IMG/VR virus record: IMGVR_UViG_3300020433_000671
Coordinates: 11,491 to 75,490 of that record
DNA: 64,000 nt
Source: a virus
Direction: 5' to 3' (one strand)
In this document: positions 35,821 to 45,194 of the stretch, piece by piece
Layout of the letters: each line of letters starts with the position of its first letter
How positions within the stretch are numbered: position 1 is the first letter of the stretch
The notes under the pieces: generated by a model
Databases searched by the model: none
Seen by the model: the letters and a program-made list of their open reading frames with translations, nothing else
What the model was told of the DNA's origin: nothing
Program-made: the position numbers and the translations under genes

Positions 35821-37297
35821 TGGATTTTAGTTTTACATCTATGAGTTCATAATTAAAGTTTTCTTGATTGTAGATTTTGATTCTCTCTCTTAAATGATTT
35901 AGTGTGTAATTATTTCCACGATCTGTAGAGATATCATCCGCAATATCATATAGTGTTGCTACTTCTTTTCCCCTATACTGTCGAAGTACCCTCCCGATAG
36001 ACTGAAGGTTTCTGACTCTTGACTTGCTTGGGGAGGCGAATATAAGGTTATGTAACCTTTTAATGTTAACACCAGTACTAAAAGTCCCATAAGAGGCGAC
36101 AATAATGCCATTGTTTTCAGGAGTTTCATTTTCAATTAACCTCCGTATTTCTTCACGATCATCAACATCAACTCCTCCATAAACTAAATGTACTGGTCTA
36201 TCAGTGTAATTATTTATCATATTATATAAAGGAAGACCGTGCTTCTCCACGTAATTGAATAGCACTAGAGTGTTTCCCTTCAAATCACACGCTAAATTGC
36301 GGATAAATTTATTACGTTGTTCATGTTCACAGAGGTAATCCATCTCTTCTTGATACCCTTCAAAGATTTGCTCACTGTGTTTAAGTACAATAATTTGCAC
36401 TTTTAATCTAGAGACATGACCTTTTTTCATTAGATCAGATGTTTTAGTAACCTTTGAACATCTACCAAACACACCTTCTAATACCAACTGATTAGTATCA
36501 GAACCATCTAATGTACCAGTAAACCCAATACGATACTTACAACTATGCAACTTAGACATCAATCTGGTTAGTGATTTTGCTTTAAACAGATGTGCTTCAT
36601 CACCAATTACAACATCAAACTTATCAAAAAATTTCCGTGGTTCTTTATATAAGGATTGCCAAGTTGATATAACTACATCATGGTCTGTATATTTTTCTTC
36701 ACCAGCATAAATTTTATGACAATGGTAATCAGTGTTCCAACCGTACTGTGTAAAATCTTTATACATTTGTTCTACAAGAGATGTGGTTGGCACTATAATA
36801 AGTACATTCCTTTTAACGTTTACATGAAAACGAACTAATGCGTATATCATCAAAGATTTACCACTGGCAGTTGGCGACAATAGGAGTCGTCTGTTGTATT
36901 TCAGGGATTCATATATTGCTGAATATTGGTAATCCCGAACCTTCAACCCCGAAGGAAGACCCAATGCTTGAACAAATCCAACTACAGACTCAGGAGTTAT
37001 TAATTCGTTCTGATCCTTGGGATGTCCAAAGTATTGAGATTCCTCGAACTGATAATGATATCCTCTTTCCTTTGCCCAGTCAGTTAGATAATCTACTAAA
37101 CCGCAATAAATTTCCCCAGTAGCAGGTGAGTATAACCGTACCTTACCGTCCCAACCTTTATATCTCCTCGTCTTTTGCATATATTTTGCCGAGGGTATTT
37201 CAAAGGTAAAAAATTCTGCTGCCTCTTTATGAAGATGAGGTTCTGCTTTCACCTTTAAATAAACTTCGTTCTTTTTCTGAATAATTAAATCAGACAT
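35813..37297 (-). CDS. uvsW: RNA-DNA/DNA helicase UvsW
   Basis: SPTASGKS, DEAH, TGT and QSIGRVLR. Confidence 0.95.
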   Translation of the reverse strand: MSDLIIQKKNEVYLKVKAEPHLHKEAAEFFTFEIPSAKYMQKTRRYKGWDGKVRLYSPATGEIYCGLVDYLTDWAKERGYHYQFEESQYFGHPKDQNELITPESVVGFVQALGLPSGLKVRDYQYSAIYESLKYNRRLLLSPTASGKSLMIYALVRFHVNVKRNVLIIVPTTSLVEQMYKDFTQYGWNTDYHCHKIYAGEEKYTDHDVVISTWQSLYKEPRKFFDKFDVVIGDEAHLFKAKSLTRLMSKLHSCKYRIGFTGTLDGSDTNQLVLEGVFGRCSKVTKTSDLMKKGHVSRLKVQIIVLKHSEQIFEGYQEEMDYLCEHEQRNKFIRNLACDLKGNTLVLFNYVEKHGLPLYNMINNYTDRPVHLVYGGVDVDDREEIRRLIENETPENNGIIVASYGTFSTGVNIKRLHNLIFASPSKSRVRNLQSIGRVLRQYRGKEVATLYDIADDISTDRGNNYTLNHLRERIKIYNQENFNYELIDVKLKSND

Positions 37298-37886
37298 AAG
37301 GAGGTCCAGTAAACCAACATACAATAGATTTTCTAATACCTGATGTTACAGGACGAACTCTGTGCCATTGTGTGCTAGAGAAAAAAATTGCTTCACCCTT
37401 TTTAAGACGAAAAGTTTGATATCTTGGTTCAGTGCCTGGTTTAAATGTTTCCAAATCAAACTCTCCACCTTCATACTCATCAGGTTCATTCATAAACAAA
37501 CTCATACTAATTTTTCTAACCATTGGACCTTGTGGTGAGTCGACAAAATGGGGATGTTGATCAACATGCCAATCATAAAAACCACCTTCGGGATACATAC
37601 CAAATTGAACTGGTTCAACATCATTAACATTTAAGAACCATTTAGCATCACGATTAATCCTACGCACTAGTTTCATCAATTCAAAATTTAATTTATAATC
37701 TCTAAGCCACACTTGTTGTGATGATCTCATAGATTTATCTTTTACTCCATCATGAGTATTATTTTTATCAACTACGATAGTACTTTCTTGCCAATCTAAT
37801 TTTGTATTTGCTATTGCACGTCTAACTGCATTTAAAATATGAAGAGGAAATGTAATTTGAATGTAGGGAGCACCATATTTAATCAT
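37290..37886 (-). CDS. 2OG-Fe(II) oxygenase (PKHD-type)
   Basis: YDWHVD, RKISMS, YEGGEF and HRVRPVTSGIRKSIV. Confidence 0.9.
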   Translation of the reverse strand: MIKYGAPYIQITFPLHILNAVRRAIANTKLDWQESTIVVDKNNTHDGVKDKSMRSSQQVWLRDYKLNFELMKLVRRINRDAKWFLNVNDVEPVQFGMYPEGGFYDWHVDQHPHFVDSPQGPMVRKISMSLFMNEPDEYEGGEFDLETFKPGTEPRYQTFRLKKGEAIFFSSTQWHRVRPVTSGIRKSIVCWFTGPPYV

Positions 37887-37892
37887 AATTAA

Positions 37893-38321
37893 TTACATAC
37901 CAGATTGAAATCTTTTCCACTCAATTGCATTCTTGATATGATAAGTACGACTATTAATTTGTCGCATAATACTATCAAGATAATATACAACTTGATCTAT
38001 ATATTCAATTTTGTATTGTAGTTTTTGTACGTCTTCGTCTGCTTCAATAAACATTGAGATCTCTTCTTTTGTAGTGAGTTTGAGATCAAATGGTAGTTCT
38101 TTATATACCTTCGCAGGTGCTTTTCCTTTGTAGTATAACCACTTTTCTTTAACAAGACGTTTCATCTCAATCTCTCTTTCCTTTTTCATTAGAGAGAATT
38201 TATTATAAAATTCCATATATTTCATATGGAGTTGTGGAATTGCTAGAGAGTCATTGTCATGTTGATCTTCATCCAGTTTGGAATCAGCATTCCACATTTC
38301 CTGCAATGTTTCTAAATTCAT
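37893..38321 (-). CDS. uvsY: Recombination mediator UvsY
   Basis: IPQLHMKY...WLYYKGKA...IKNAIEW. Confidence 0.92.
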   Translation of the reverse strand: MNLETLQEMWNADSKLDEDQHDNDSLAIPQLHMKYMEFYNKFSLMKKEREIEMKRLVKEKWLYYKGKAPAKVYKELPFDLKLTTKEEISMFIEADEDVQKLQYKIEYIDQVVYYLDSIMRQINSRTYHIKNAIEWKRFQSGM

Positions 38322-38341
38322 AATATAGAAAAATCAATAAG

Positions 38342-38890
38342 TTATCTTTTTGTTTGTGTGTTTGTATTTCTTATTTCGTATAGTGTATATCTAAATATCG
38401 CTGTTGAAGTGAAGTAATCATTATCACCACCAGTAACATCAAATGGTAGTGATGTCAAACTCACAGGAAACATGTCTTTAAATACAACATCGAAATTTGC
38501 AATGTTATTGTTGTTCAATACTTGTAATGTAGCATCTGAAAATCTAGGATCTTCTGAAGGACTCTCTGCAAATCTGTCTAACCAAACTCTTCTTTCTTTA
38601 AACTCTTGAGGAGTTCCTAATGCTCTCATCCAATTATGGATTTGCATATAATTTCTTAGATCTTCATCAACAATAAACTCCATAGAAAATTCACTATAAC
38701 GCATATTCCCTTCAACTGGAATGGGAACCATACCTCTAGTTGGTATTTCAACTTGTCCTAATTGCACCGTAGGAATTTCTGCTTTTTGGCACAAGAAAGA
38801 AACCTTTCGTGCTTTATCCAAAATGAATAAAAATCCTATTGGAGAAAGAAAGTTTCTATTTGTTAATTGGTCTTCGTACCAGTTTGCCAT
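38342..38890 (-). CDS. g3: Tail completion/sheath stabiliser gp3
   Basis: NRNFLSPIGF, FIVDEDLRNY, SDATL and FPVSL. Confidence 0.88.
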   Translation of the reverse strand: MANWYEDQLTNRNFLSPIGFLFILDKARKVSFLCQKAEIPTVQLGQVEIPTRGMVPIPVEGNMRYSEFSMEFIVDEDLRNYMQIHNWMRALGTPQEFKERRVWLDRFAESPSEDPRFSDATLQVLNNNNIANFDVVFKDMFPVSLTSLPFDVTGGDNDYFTSTAIFRYTLYEIRNTNTQTKR

Positions 38891-38928
38891 TAGACTATTC
38901 TTGTTCCAATAATATTTATGCACCCAAT

Positions 38929-38954
38929 AAAAAAGGACTCCTTAGAGTCCTTTT
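38929..38954 (-). terminator. Rho-independent terminator (possibly bidirectional)
   Basis: AAAAAAGGACTC-CTTA-GAGTCCTTTT. Confidence 0.8.
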
Positions 38955-38973
38955 ATAGTCTTTCTTTTTATTG

Positions 38974-39141
38974 TTAGTAAAGAATTTGTTTACAGATTCT
39001 TTTACAACTTGGTTGATCTGCTTCGCATTCAATCAGACATTCATAGTAATCATCTAATTTTTGGTCATCTTGACTAATGGCATAGTTGCCGTAACTATGA
39101 TTCCATGATGCCATGTTATTATACGAAACGATATTATGCAT
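38974..39141 (-). CDS. 55-aa Cx3Cx6Cx3C microprotein (not in ORF track)
   Basis: GGGAG RBS; MHNIVSYNNMASWNHSYGNYAISQDDQKLDDYYECLIECEADQPSCKRICKQILY; has its own promoter and terminator. Confidence 0.8.
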   Translation of the reverse strand: MHNIVSYNNMASWNHSYGNYAISQDDQKLDDYYECLIECEADQPSCKRICKQILY

Positions 39142-39241
39142 ACTTGTTCTCCCTTTAACTTAACTCATAATATAGACAAGTTTCAGTGCATCTTGTTGTT
39201 CCTCTCTTGCGTGTAGGTTGCCCTGACTGCTATTATTTATA
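39142..39241 (-). promoter_or_regulatory. Late promoter plus structured leader with a Met-His-stop mini-ORF
   Basis: TATAAATA at 39241-39234; AGG-GCAA-CCT; GAGAGGA-8 nt-ATG CAC TGA inside an ACAAG/CTTGT stem. Confidence 0.6.
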
Positions 39242-39287
39242 TTGACACTGCATGGATTTTAACAAAAATAAATGCCTATTTTTGCAT

Positions 39288-39316
39288 AAAAAAAGAGACC
39301 CTTTTGGGGTCTCTTT
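39288..39316 (-). terminator. Terminator after g23
   Basis: AAAGAGACC...GGTCTCTTT with a T-run on the minus strand. Confidence 0.85.
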
Positions 39317-39335
39317 AGATTGTATGTAATTGGAA

Positions 39336-40724
39336 TTACATGATGTTTGCAACTTGTGTACGTCTGTAGTACTTGTTAGCATTTGCTGTAAGAGCACCAG
39401 ATCCCTGAGTAAGACCGCCTGAGAATGGGTTAGAAACCATACCGTAACGAGTCTTGAATCCAATCTTGGGTTGGAATGTATCTGGGTTAATCGCTCTGAC
39501 TTGCTGCAATGGCACGTAAGGGCAATAGAACAATCCAGCGTCATAAGGAGAAGTTCCTTTGTATCCTGCAACATAGAAGTGCTTATCAGCAACGTTAGCA
39601 GAATATGGGTCAACGTAAACTCTGATCTTACCGTTAAGAGTACCAACGAGAGTAGAGGAAGTATCGTCTACATTTGTTAATGCGTTGTTACCTTGTAGAG
39701 CAGGTGTGTAATCTAGAACACCAGCCATACCTAGAGCAGAAGCAACGTCTGCAGAGCAGATCAAGATGTTGCCCTTCCCACGACGAGTTTGCTGACCGAT
39801 AGCGTTTGCGTCTCTTTCAATTTGGAATAGAAGTCCTTTGAATTTCTCAACTGACCATCTACCATTTGAGTCAACATCAAGGTCGAAGATACCAGCGTTA
39901 GCAGTATTGTTTTGAGCACCAGCAACAGCGTTTGTGTAGATAGTTCTAACAACTTCTCTGTTGATTTCAGCAAGAATCTCTGTTGAGAGAATGTTGCTTA
40001 GCTCTGTCTCGGCATCAAGACCATGAATTGCTTTCAAGTCCTGAGCAAGCTCAATACTGTACTCTGCTTTTAGAGCACGTGCTCTGGCAGTAACAGTTAC
40101 CTTCTCAATACTGAATCCCATCTCACGGAATTCATTGTTTGATACTGAATCATCTAGTGCTTCAACCGTAGCGGTTGTCATACCTTCAGCATCACCAGTC
40201 TTCTCGTAAGTACCAGCAGGTGAATCGTTAAGAAGTCCTGGGTTAGCACCTTCAGCGTCGTTAACACCAGAAGAAGAAGCAGTAGGATCGTAGTTTGACA
40301 ATCCTTCTCCCTTTCCACCAGAGAAACCAGCGTTAGGCTCATTAAAGAATGCCTCACGGAAGTCGCTGTTAGCAGGTCTACGCTCGGAACCGTAGGCAGT
40401 TCTCATTGCGAAGATAAGTCCAGTAGGACCAGTCATTGGCTGAACGCCAGCGATATCATATGCAATAAGTTGTGGCATTGAACGTCTGATTAGACTGATC
40501 AATACTGGATCATAACCTGCAACACCGCCAGTAGCTGCGTTTGCTTGGGTATAACCTGTTGTTTGCAGAGTTTCGTTAAGGACTTGTCCTTCTTCGATCT
40601 GTGCTTTTTCTTGGTTCTCAAGAAGTTGTGCGACTACGCCACGCTTATGTGAATCGGTGATCTCTGGAAGAGCTTCGTGATTCAGAACGGGTGCCCACTT
40701 TTCTTGGAGGTTTTTAATAGACAT
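39336..40724 (-). CDS. g23: Major capsid protein gp23
   Basis: EKWAPVL, DPVLISLIRR, GVQPMTGPTGLIFAMR, ELAQDLKAIHGLDAE and GFKTRYG. Confidence 0.98.
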   Translation of the reverse strand: MSIKNLQEKWAPVLNHEALPEITDSHKRGVVAQLLENQEKAQIEEGQVLNETLQTTGYTQANAATGGVAGYDPVLISLIRRSMPQLIAYDIAGVQPMTGPTGLIFAMRTAYGSERRPANSDFREAFFNEPNAGFSGGKGEGLSNYDPTASSSGVNDAEGANPGLLNDSPAGTYEKTGDAEGMTTATVEALDDSVSNNEFREMGFSIEKVTVTARARALKAEYSIELAQDLKAIHGLDAETELSNILSTEILAEINREVVRTIYTNAVAGAQNNTANAGIFDLDVDSNGRWSVEKFKGLLFQIERDANAIGQQTRRGKGNILICSADVASALGMAGVLDYTPALQGNNALTNVDDTSSTLVGTLNGKIRVYVDPYSANVADKHFYVAGYKGTSPYDAGLFYCPYVPLQQVRAINPDTFQPKIGFKTRYGMVSNPFSGGLTQGSGALTANANKYYRRTQVANIM

Positions 40725-40756
40725 TTGTCTCTGTAAAAGTAGTTTTTATTAATAAA

Positions 40757-41782
40757 TTATTTGGACCAACGAGCGATTGCATCTACGTACTTAGACATAG
40801 CACCGCTAGTTGTGCTTTCGACAAGGGGTTCAGAACTTTCTTCGGTGGGTTCTGTTGCTGATTCAGCAACTTCAGCCTTCCTAGTGAAATATGATTCCTT
40901 GATCGTATTGACCTTATTTCTAAAGTCTTCTTCAGTTTCAAACTCAACACCCTCTGCGAGAGAAGCAAGCTTCTCTTTTTGGGTCTCAGCGAGTCCCACT
41001 GCACATTCGTTCACAATTTCCATTTTAACAAACTCTCCAATACGCTTGTTCAAAGCAACATTAGAATCGATTTGCTCGTTGAGTTTAGCTTCCATATCAT
41101 CTAACTCACCTGCCATACCATCAAGCAGGTTGAACTTCTCCTCAGGCACTGTAAAGTTGTGCTCTAAGAAGAGACCTTTTAGACCGTTGAAGAACGATTC
41201 TGCCATCTCGGTCTTAATGCCATGCTCGATCTGAAGGGAATTTTCCTTCATCCACTGATCGGCGGCATAAGAGAGATAATCGTCTACCTTCTCGGCCAAA
41301 TCTGTTTGAATCTTTTCAACTTCTTCAGTCAGGGCAGATTCATATGCCTCTTGCAACGCTGCTGCTTCTTTGTTAACACGGCTTGTTACAGCTGCTTCAA
41401 AGATTGTTGCTGCTTTTACTCGGAACTCTTCTGAGAGTTCTTCACCAGCGACAAGAGCGTCAACATCTTCAGTAAAGTCGAGGTCGGTTTCAGCGATTGT
41501 TTCTTCTTCGCCATCTTCTACCTCCTCCATTTTAGCAGATGCATCACTTGGTTTTGTGGAAGGAACAGGTGCTCTACCTACTGCAGCAGCAGCAGATTTA
41601 CCTGCATTCTTGGTGCCTTTTGCACCTTCCATGGAATCCGAGGTGACATCAATTACCTTTTTTGCCCCACCTTTTGAAGTATCGATCTTCTCAGCAGGTT
41701 TTGCATCTTTGGTAACGACATTAGAACCTTCGGTCACTTCTTCCATGTTATCTAACTCTTTATCGAGTGAGGTCTCAGCCAT
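40757..41782 (-). CDS. g22: Prohead scaffolding protein gp22
   Basis: Acidic; LSEEFRVKAATIFEAAV and IKESYF. Confidence 0.93.
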   Translation of the reverse strand: MAETSLDKELDNMEEVTEGSNVVTKDAKPAEKIDTSKGGAKKVIDVTSDSMEGAKGTKNAGKSAAAAVGRAPVPSTKPSDASAKMEEVEDGEEETIAETDLDFTEDVDALVAGEELSEEFRVKAATIFEAAVTSRVNKEAAALQEAYESALTEEVEKIQTDLAEKVDDYLSYAADQWMKENSLQIEHGIKTEMAESFFNGLKGLFLEHNFTVPEEKFNLLDGMAGELDDMEAKLNEQIDSNVALNKRIGEFVKMEIVNECAVGLAETQKEKLASLAEGVEFETEEDFRNKVNTIKESYFTRKAEVAESATEPTEESSEPLVESTTSGAMSKYVDAIARWSK

Positions 41783-41820
41783 TTTTTGAACTCCGTGTAA
41801 GCTTTAGCGTTATCTTTATT

Positions 41821-41828
41821 TATTTATA
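41821..41828 (-). promoter_or_regulatory. T4-type late promoter upstream of g22 (others at 2193, 8813, 38913, 39234, 44488, 47491, 51594, 62516)
   Basis: TATAAATA/ATAAATA immediately upstream of structural genes. Confidence 0.85.
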
Positions 41829-41830
41829 AA

Positions 41831-42475
41831 TCACAAACTCTTTAAAAATGCTGCAAATGCGGAGATTTTACGCTCTTGCAGATTAATTAGAGTTGCTTCA
41901 TCAATTTCTTGTTTGATTTGAGCAACAGCAGACTCTTTAAGTATGCCATTCTCCCAAACCCATTCTTTTCCTTCCATGATTCCATTTACAAATGCATCTG
42001 GAGCTGAAGGATCTGCTACAATATCAGCAGCAGTGGCAAGCATGAAATCATCACATACAACATTGCAGTTAGATTCCTTCTTGATTGATCCCATACCTCT
42101 GGAAGAAACTCCAAGTCTTACACCCTCATCGAGTAAAGATTTTGCAATTTTTCCGTTTGGTGTATCAAGTATCTTTGCTCTACCGATGAAGTTATTTCCA
42201 TCTTCTTTCAAAGATTGTATCTTATGTGAAACCCTATCTAAATTAATAGAAGGTCCGTCAGGGTGACCTAACTCACCAAGAGCACGACCAGATTTGATAT
42301 AAGACTCATCATATTTAGCAACTTCACGTGCTAATGTTCTTTGAGGATACATTCTTCCATTACGGTTTTTAATTTCCGCTTGCAAGAACACACCTTCAAT
42401 ATAGTAATTTTTCTTACCTTCTTTCTCTTCCGTTAGAAATTGAACGTCTGTAAGTTCTTCAGCTATCAGTCTCAT
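41831..42475 (-). CDS. g21: Prohead protease gp21
   Basis: NRNGRMY, ALGELGHP, GVSSRGMGS and DIVADPSAP. Confidence 0.96.
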   Translation of the reverse strand: MRLIAEELTDVQFLTEEKEGKKNYYIEGVFLQAEIKNRNGRMYPQRTLAREVAKYDESYIKSGRALGELGHPDGPSINLDRVSHKIQSLKEDGNNFIGRAKILDTPNGKIAKSLLDEGVRLGVSSRGMGSIKKESNCNVVCDDFMLATAADIVADPSAPDAFVNGIMEGKEWVWENGILKESAVAQIKQEIDEATLINLQERKISAFAAFLKSL

Positions 42476-42821
42476 CTTTTGGTTCCTCTGTGGTTTCAGG
42501 TTCCTCTGTGGGTGTTTCAGTTTCAGCAGTAGGTTGTTCTACTTCATTTGGATCAGGATCTGAAGGAAGTCTGATACCAGAGGTATCAACATCTGTCACT
42601 TCAGCATCACCTATCGCATCAACAGATTTTTCTATTTCATCAGCACTTGCTTGAGCAGTATCATCTAACTCAAAACCCATTGCTTTTGCAAATTCAAGTT
42701 TTCTTGCTTGAATTGCATCATATGTAGAAGAAGACAAAGCATCATTCATTGAATCGATTGCTTTTGCTTTTTCATCACCAAAAATTTGTTGAACGATTTG
42801 TTTAGCAATATCACTAGGCAT
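42459..42821 (-). CDS. Acidic prohead core protein (gp67/68 position)
   Basis: Lies between g20 and g21; acidic tail. Confidence 0.65.
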   Translation of the reverse strand: MPSDIAKQIVQQIFGDEKAKAIDSMNDALSSSTYDAIQARKLEFAKAMGFELDDTAQASADEIEKSVDAIGDAEVTDVDTSGIRLPSDPDPNEVEQPTAETETPTEEPETTEEPKDETDS

Positions 42822-42853
42822 AATAAGTTCCCACTGTAGTATTATTTAGTAGT

Positions 42854-44458
42854 TTAAAATTCTCCCCGCTTTTGATCCGCAGGATCAACGCCAGAATCAT
42901 TAGGTGCTACCTCAGCAGGTGGTGCTCCATCCTGCTGTTCACCGCCTGCTTCCATCGCTGCTAATTCGTTAGGATCTTGTATGATACCTGAATCCATTTC
43001 AGAATCAATTTGTTTGTCAATCTCTTTCATTTCTTCTGTAGTTTGCTTTAGAACTTGACGACGCATATATTCAACAGAGAAATATTTACCAACAAAGGGA
43101 TCCATAAGATTGACTTGATTCATACGCTCGTTACGAATTTCAATCTCTTTGAGTTCAGTAAAGTAATTGTCAGCAATATAATCAAATTGGATATGAGTCT
43201 TCATATCATCCCACTCTTCAAGAGTTATAACACCCTTAAGAACTAATTGAGCTTTCAGAAGATCCATGAAAAGTTCAGAGAATCTTTTGCGAAGACGTGC
43301 AATAAATTTCTGGAACTTAACTTCATCACGAGTAATTTCTGCAGCACGACCAATGTTAAAAGTCGTTTCTGTTTCTAGACGTGAACTAGGTACGTTAAGT
43401 GCTTTGTATAATTTTTTCTGGAAATATTTTACATCCTCAAGTTCTCCAAGATTTTGTCCACCTGGAAGTGTAGAGATTTCTGTTCCCCTACCACCTTCTC
43501 TACGTGGTAACCAGAAGTCCTCTAACATAGACATGAACTTCTTGTCATCCTTGATCTCACCAGTGTTTGCGTCATAGACCATTTTATTTCTATAACGACT
43601 CATCACTTCACGGAGATACTGTTCCGCTTTATTCTTAGGTAAGTTACCTACATCAATGTAAAAAATTCTTCTTTCTGGTGCTCTTGATAAACGGTAGATA
43701 ACAAGAGAATCTTCAATCATTCTTAACTGATTGACTGCCTTAATCGCCTTATGTAAGTGACTAAGAGTCATGTTCTTATTGAGATCCTGTATACCAGAAT
43801 GACAATATGTAATAGAATCAGTAGTAATCTTCATACCCTGATTCGTAGAGTTCTTCAAACCTTTAGGGTTATACAAGAAGTACTCTGCTGATTTCTGTGT
43901 TAATTGAGTATTAAGATCTGCACCACGCAATTGCTCTGGACGCTTGTTCTCATACTCAGTTACCTTGCGAATCTTACGAGGATCGATGTAACGAAGTTCA
44001 AGAAGACCTGCATCAGGTTTTTTAGGGTCAATTACTTTATGATAAAAAAGTCTTCCATCAACATACCATCTACGGAAGATCTCATATGAACGATTTTCAA
44101 AATCAAGAAGACGTAAGACTTCATCAAATTCTTCTCTCATTAATGTTTTAATTTTATCCGACACCTTCAGGTTGGAAAGTTCCAACTCAACTGGTACATC
44201 ATCAAAATTTCCACATATTGTTTCGTTGACAATATCGTCAACTGCACTATCGCATTCAGGATTTAAAACCATCTCCCTATATCGGGTGATAAGTTCATAA
44301 TCGTTGCGAATTGTTCCGTCAAAATCAACAGAATAACCATAGTATCCGCCACCAACTACGGGTTGCGAACCATCCATGTTATCTTTTTGAACAAAAGAAG
44401 GTCCCCTAGGAACCTTCTTCGCTCTTTCAAGACTATATCCGAAGAGCTGATTTGCCAT
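42854..44458 (-). CDS. g20: Portal protein gp20
   Basis: YRLSRAPERRIFYIDVGNLP and EDFWLPRREGGRGTEI. Confidence 0.98.
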   Translation of the reverse strand: MANQLFGYSLERAKKVPRGPSFVQKDNMDGSQPVVGGGYYGYSVDFDGTIRNDYELITRYREMVLNPECDSAVDDIVNETICGNFDDVPVELELSNLKVSDKIKTLMREEFDEVLRLLDFENRSYEIFRRWYVDGRLFYHKVIDPKKPDAGLLELRYIDPRKIRKVTEYENKRPEQLRGADLNTQLTQKSAEYFLYNPKGLKNSTNQGMKITTDSITYCHSGIQDLNKNMTLSHLHKAIKAVNQLRMIEDSLVIYRLSRAPERRIFYIDVGNLPKNKAEQYLREVMSRYRNKMVYDANTGEIKDDKKFMSMLEDFWLPRREGGRGTEISTLPGGQNLGELEDVKYFQKKLYKALNVPSSRLETETTFNIGRAAEITRDEVKFQKFIARLRKRFSELFMDLLKAQLVLKGVITLEEWDDMKTHIQFDYIADNYFTELKEIEIRNERMNQVNLMDPFVGKYFSVEYMRRQVLKQTTEEMKEIDKQIDSEMDSGIIQDPNELAAMEAGGEQQDGAPPAEVAPNDSGVDPADQKRGEF

Positions 44459-44493
44459 TATATTTCTAGATTAAATTGGTCCTGATCTATTTA

Positions 44494-45081
44494 TCAGTCA
44501 TTGGAAGTAGGTGATAAAGGAGTCCAGTATTGTGTCTGGAGTTCAACTGTAAATTCTTCAATCGCATCATTGTTACCGAAATCAAGATCGATAGCAGCAA
44601 TGTTACTTGGGAATACATTGTAGAACCTATAAGATTTAAGCACCTGAGGTTTTTCACCATCTTTGATATCACGTGCTAACTGATGGACACTCATATCAGC
44701 GAAGTAACCTGTGCTGTCATCTTGATCACCAAGTCCTGCAGCAGAAGTAAAGTTCTCGTTGAATGCTTGAATGCTACTTGCCCAAAGTTCAAATGCATTA
44801 CGAAGAGCAAAATTGCTATCGTTTTGTATGGTAATTGTCCAAGGTTCGAATGTTCTGTCTCCTGCAATCTTTAAAACACGACCTCTGAAAGGAACCTCAA
44901 TAACTCCAATCTGAGAAGAAGGAAGATTTGCTGCACGAACAGTAAACTTTCCAAGATTTACAAGACTTGCATTATTAATAATTCCTGAAGGGAACGCAAG
45001 GTCTACTTGAAATAAATTAGGACGAGCAAAGTCTGAAGCGACATTTGCTTTAAAATCGTCAATAGTACCTCTTTTTGCCAT
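44494..45081 (-). CDS. g19: Tail tube protein gp19
   Basis: ARPNLFQV, FRGRVLKIAGDRTFEPW and IEEFTV. Confidence 0.95.
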   Translation of the reverse strand: MAKRGTIDDFKANVASDFARPNLFQVDLAFPSGIINNASLVNLGKFTVRAANLPSSQIGVIEVPFRGRVLKIAGDRTFEPWTITIQNDSNFALRNAFELWASSIQAFNENFTSAAGLGDQDDSTGYFADMSVHQLARDIKDGEKPQVLKSYRFYNVFPSNIAAIDLDFGNNDAIEEFTVELQTQYWTPLSPTSND

Positions 45082-45136
45082 GGTTATTGAATCCAATCTC
45101 TTTCTTTAATATTTAGAATAATTCATATTTTCATGC

Positions 45137-45166
45137 AAAAAAAGAGACCCCCAAAGGGATCTCTTT
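45137..45166 (-). terminator. Terminator after g18
   Basis: AAAGAGATCCC-TTTG-GGGGTCTCTTTTTTT on the minus strand. Confidence 0.8.
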
Positions 45167-45194
45167 GTCTATTTTGTATGGACAGATGTATTTA

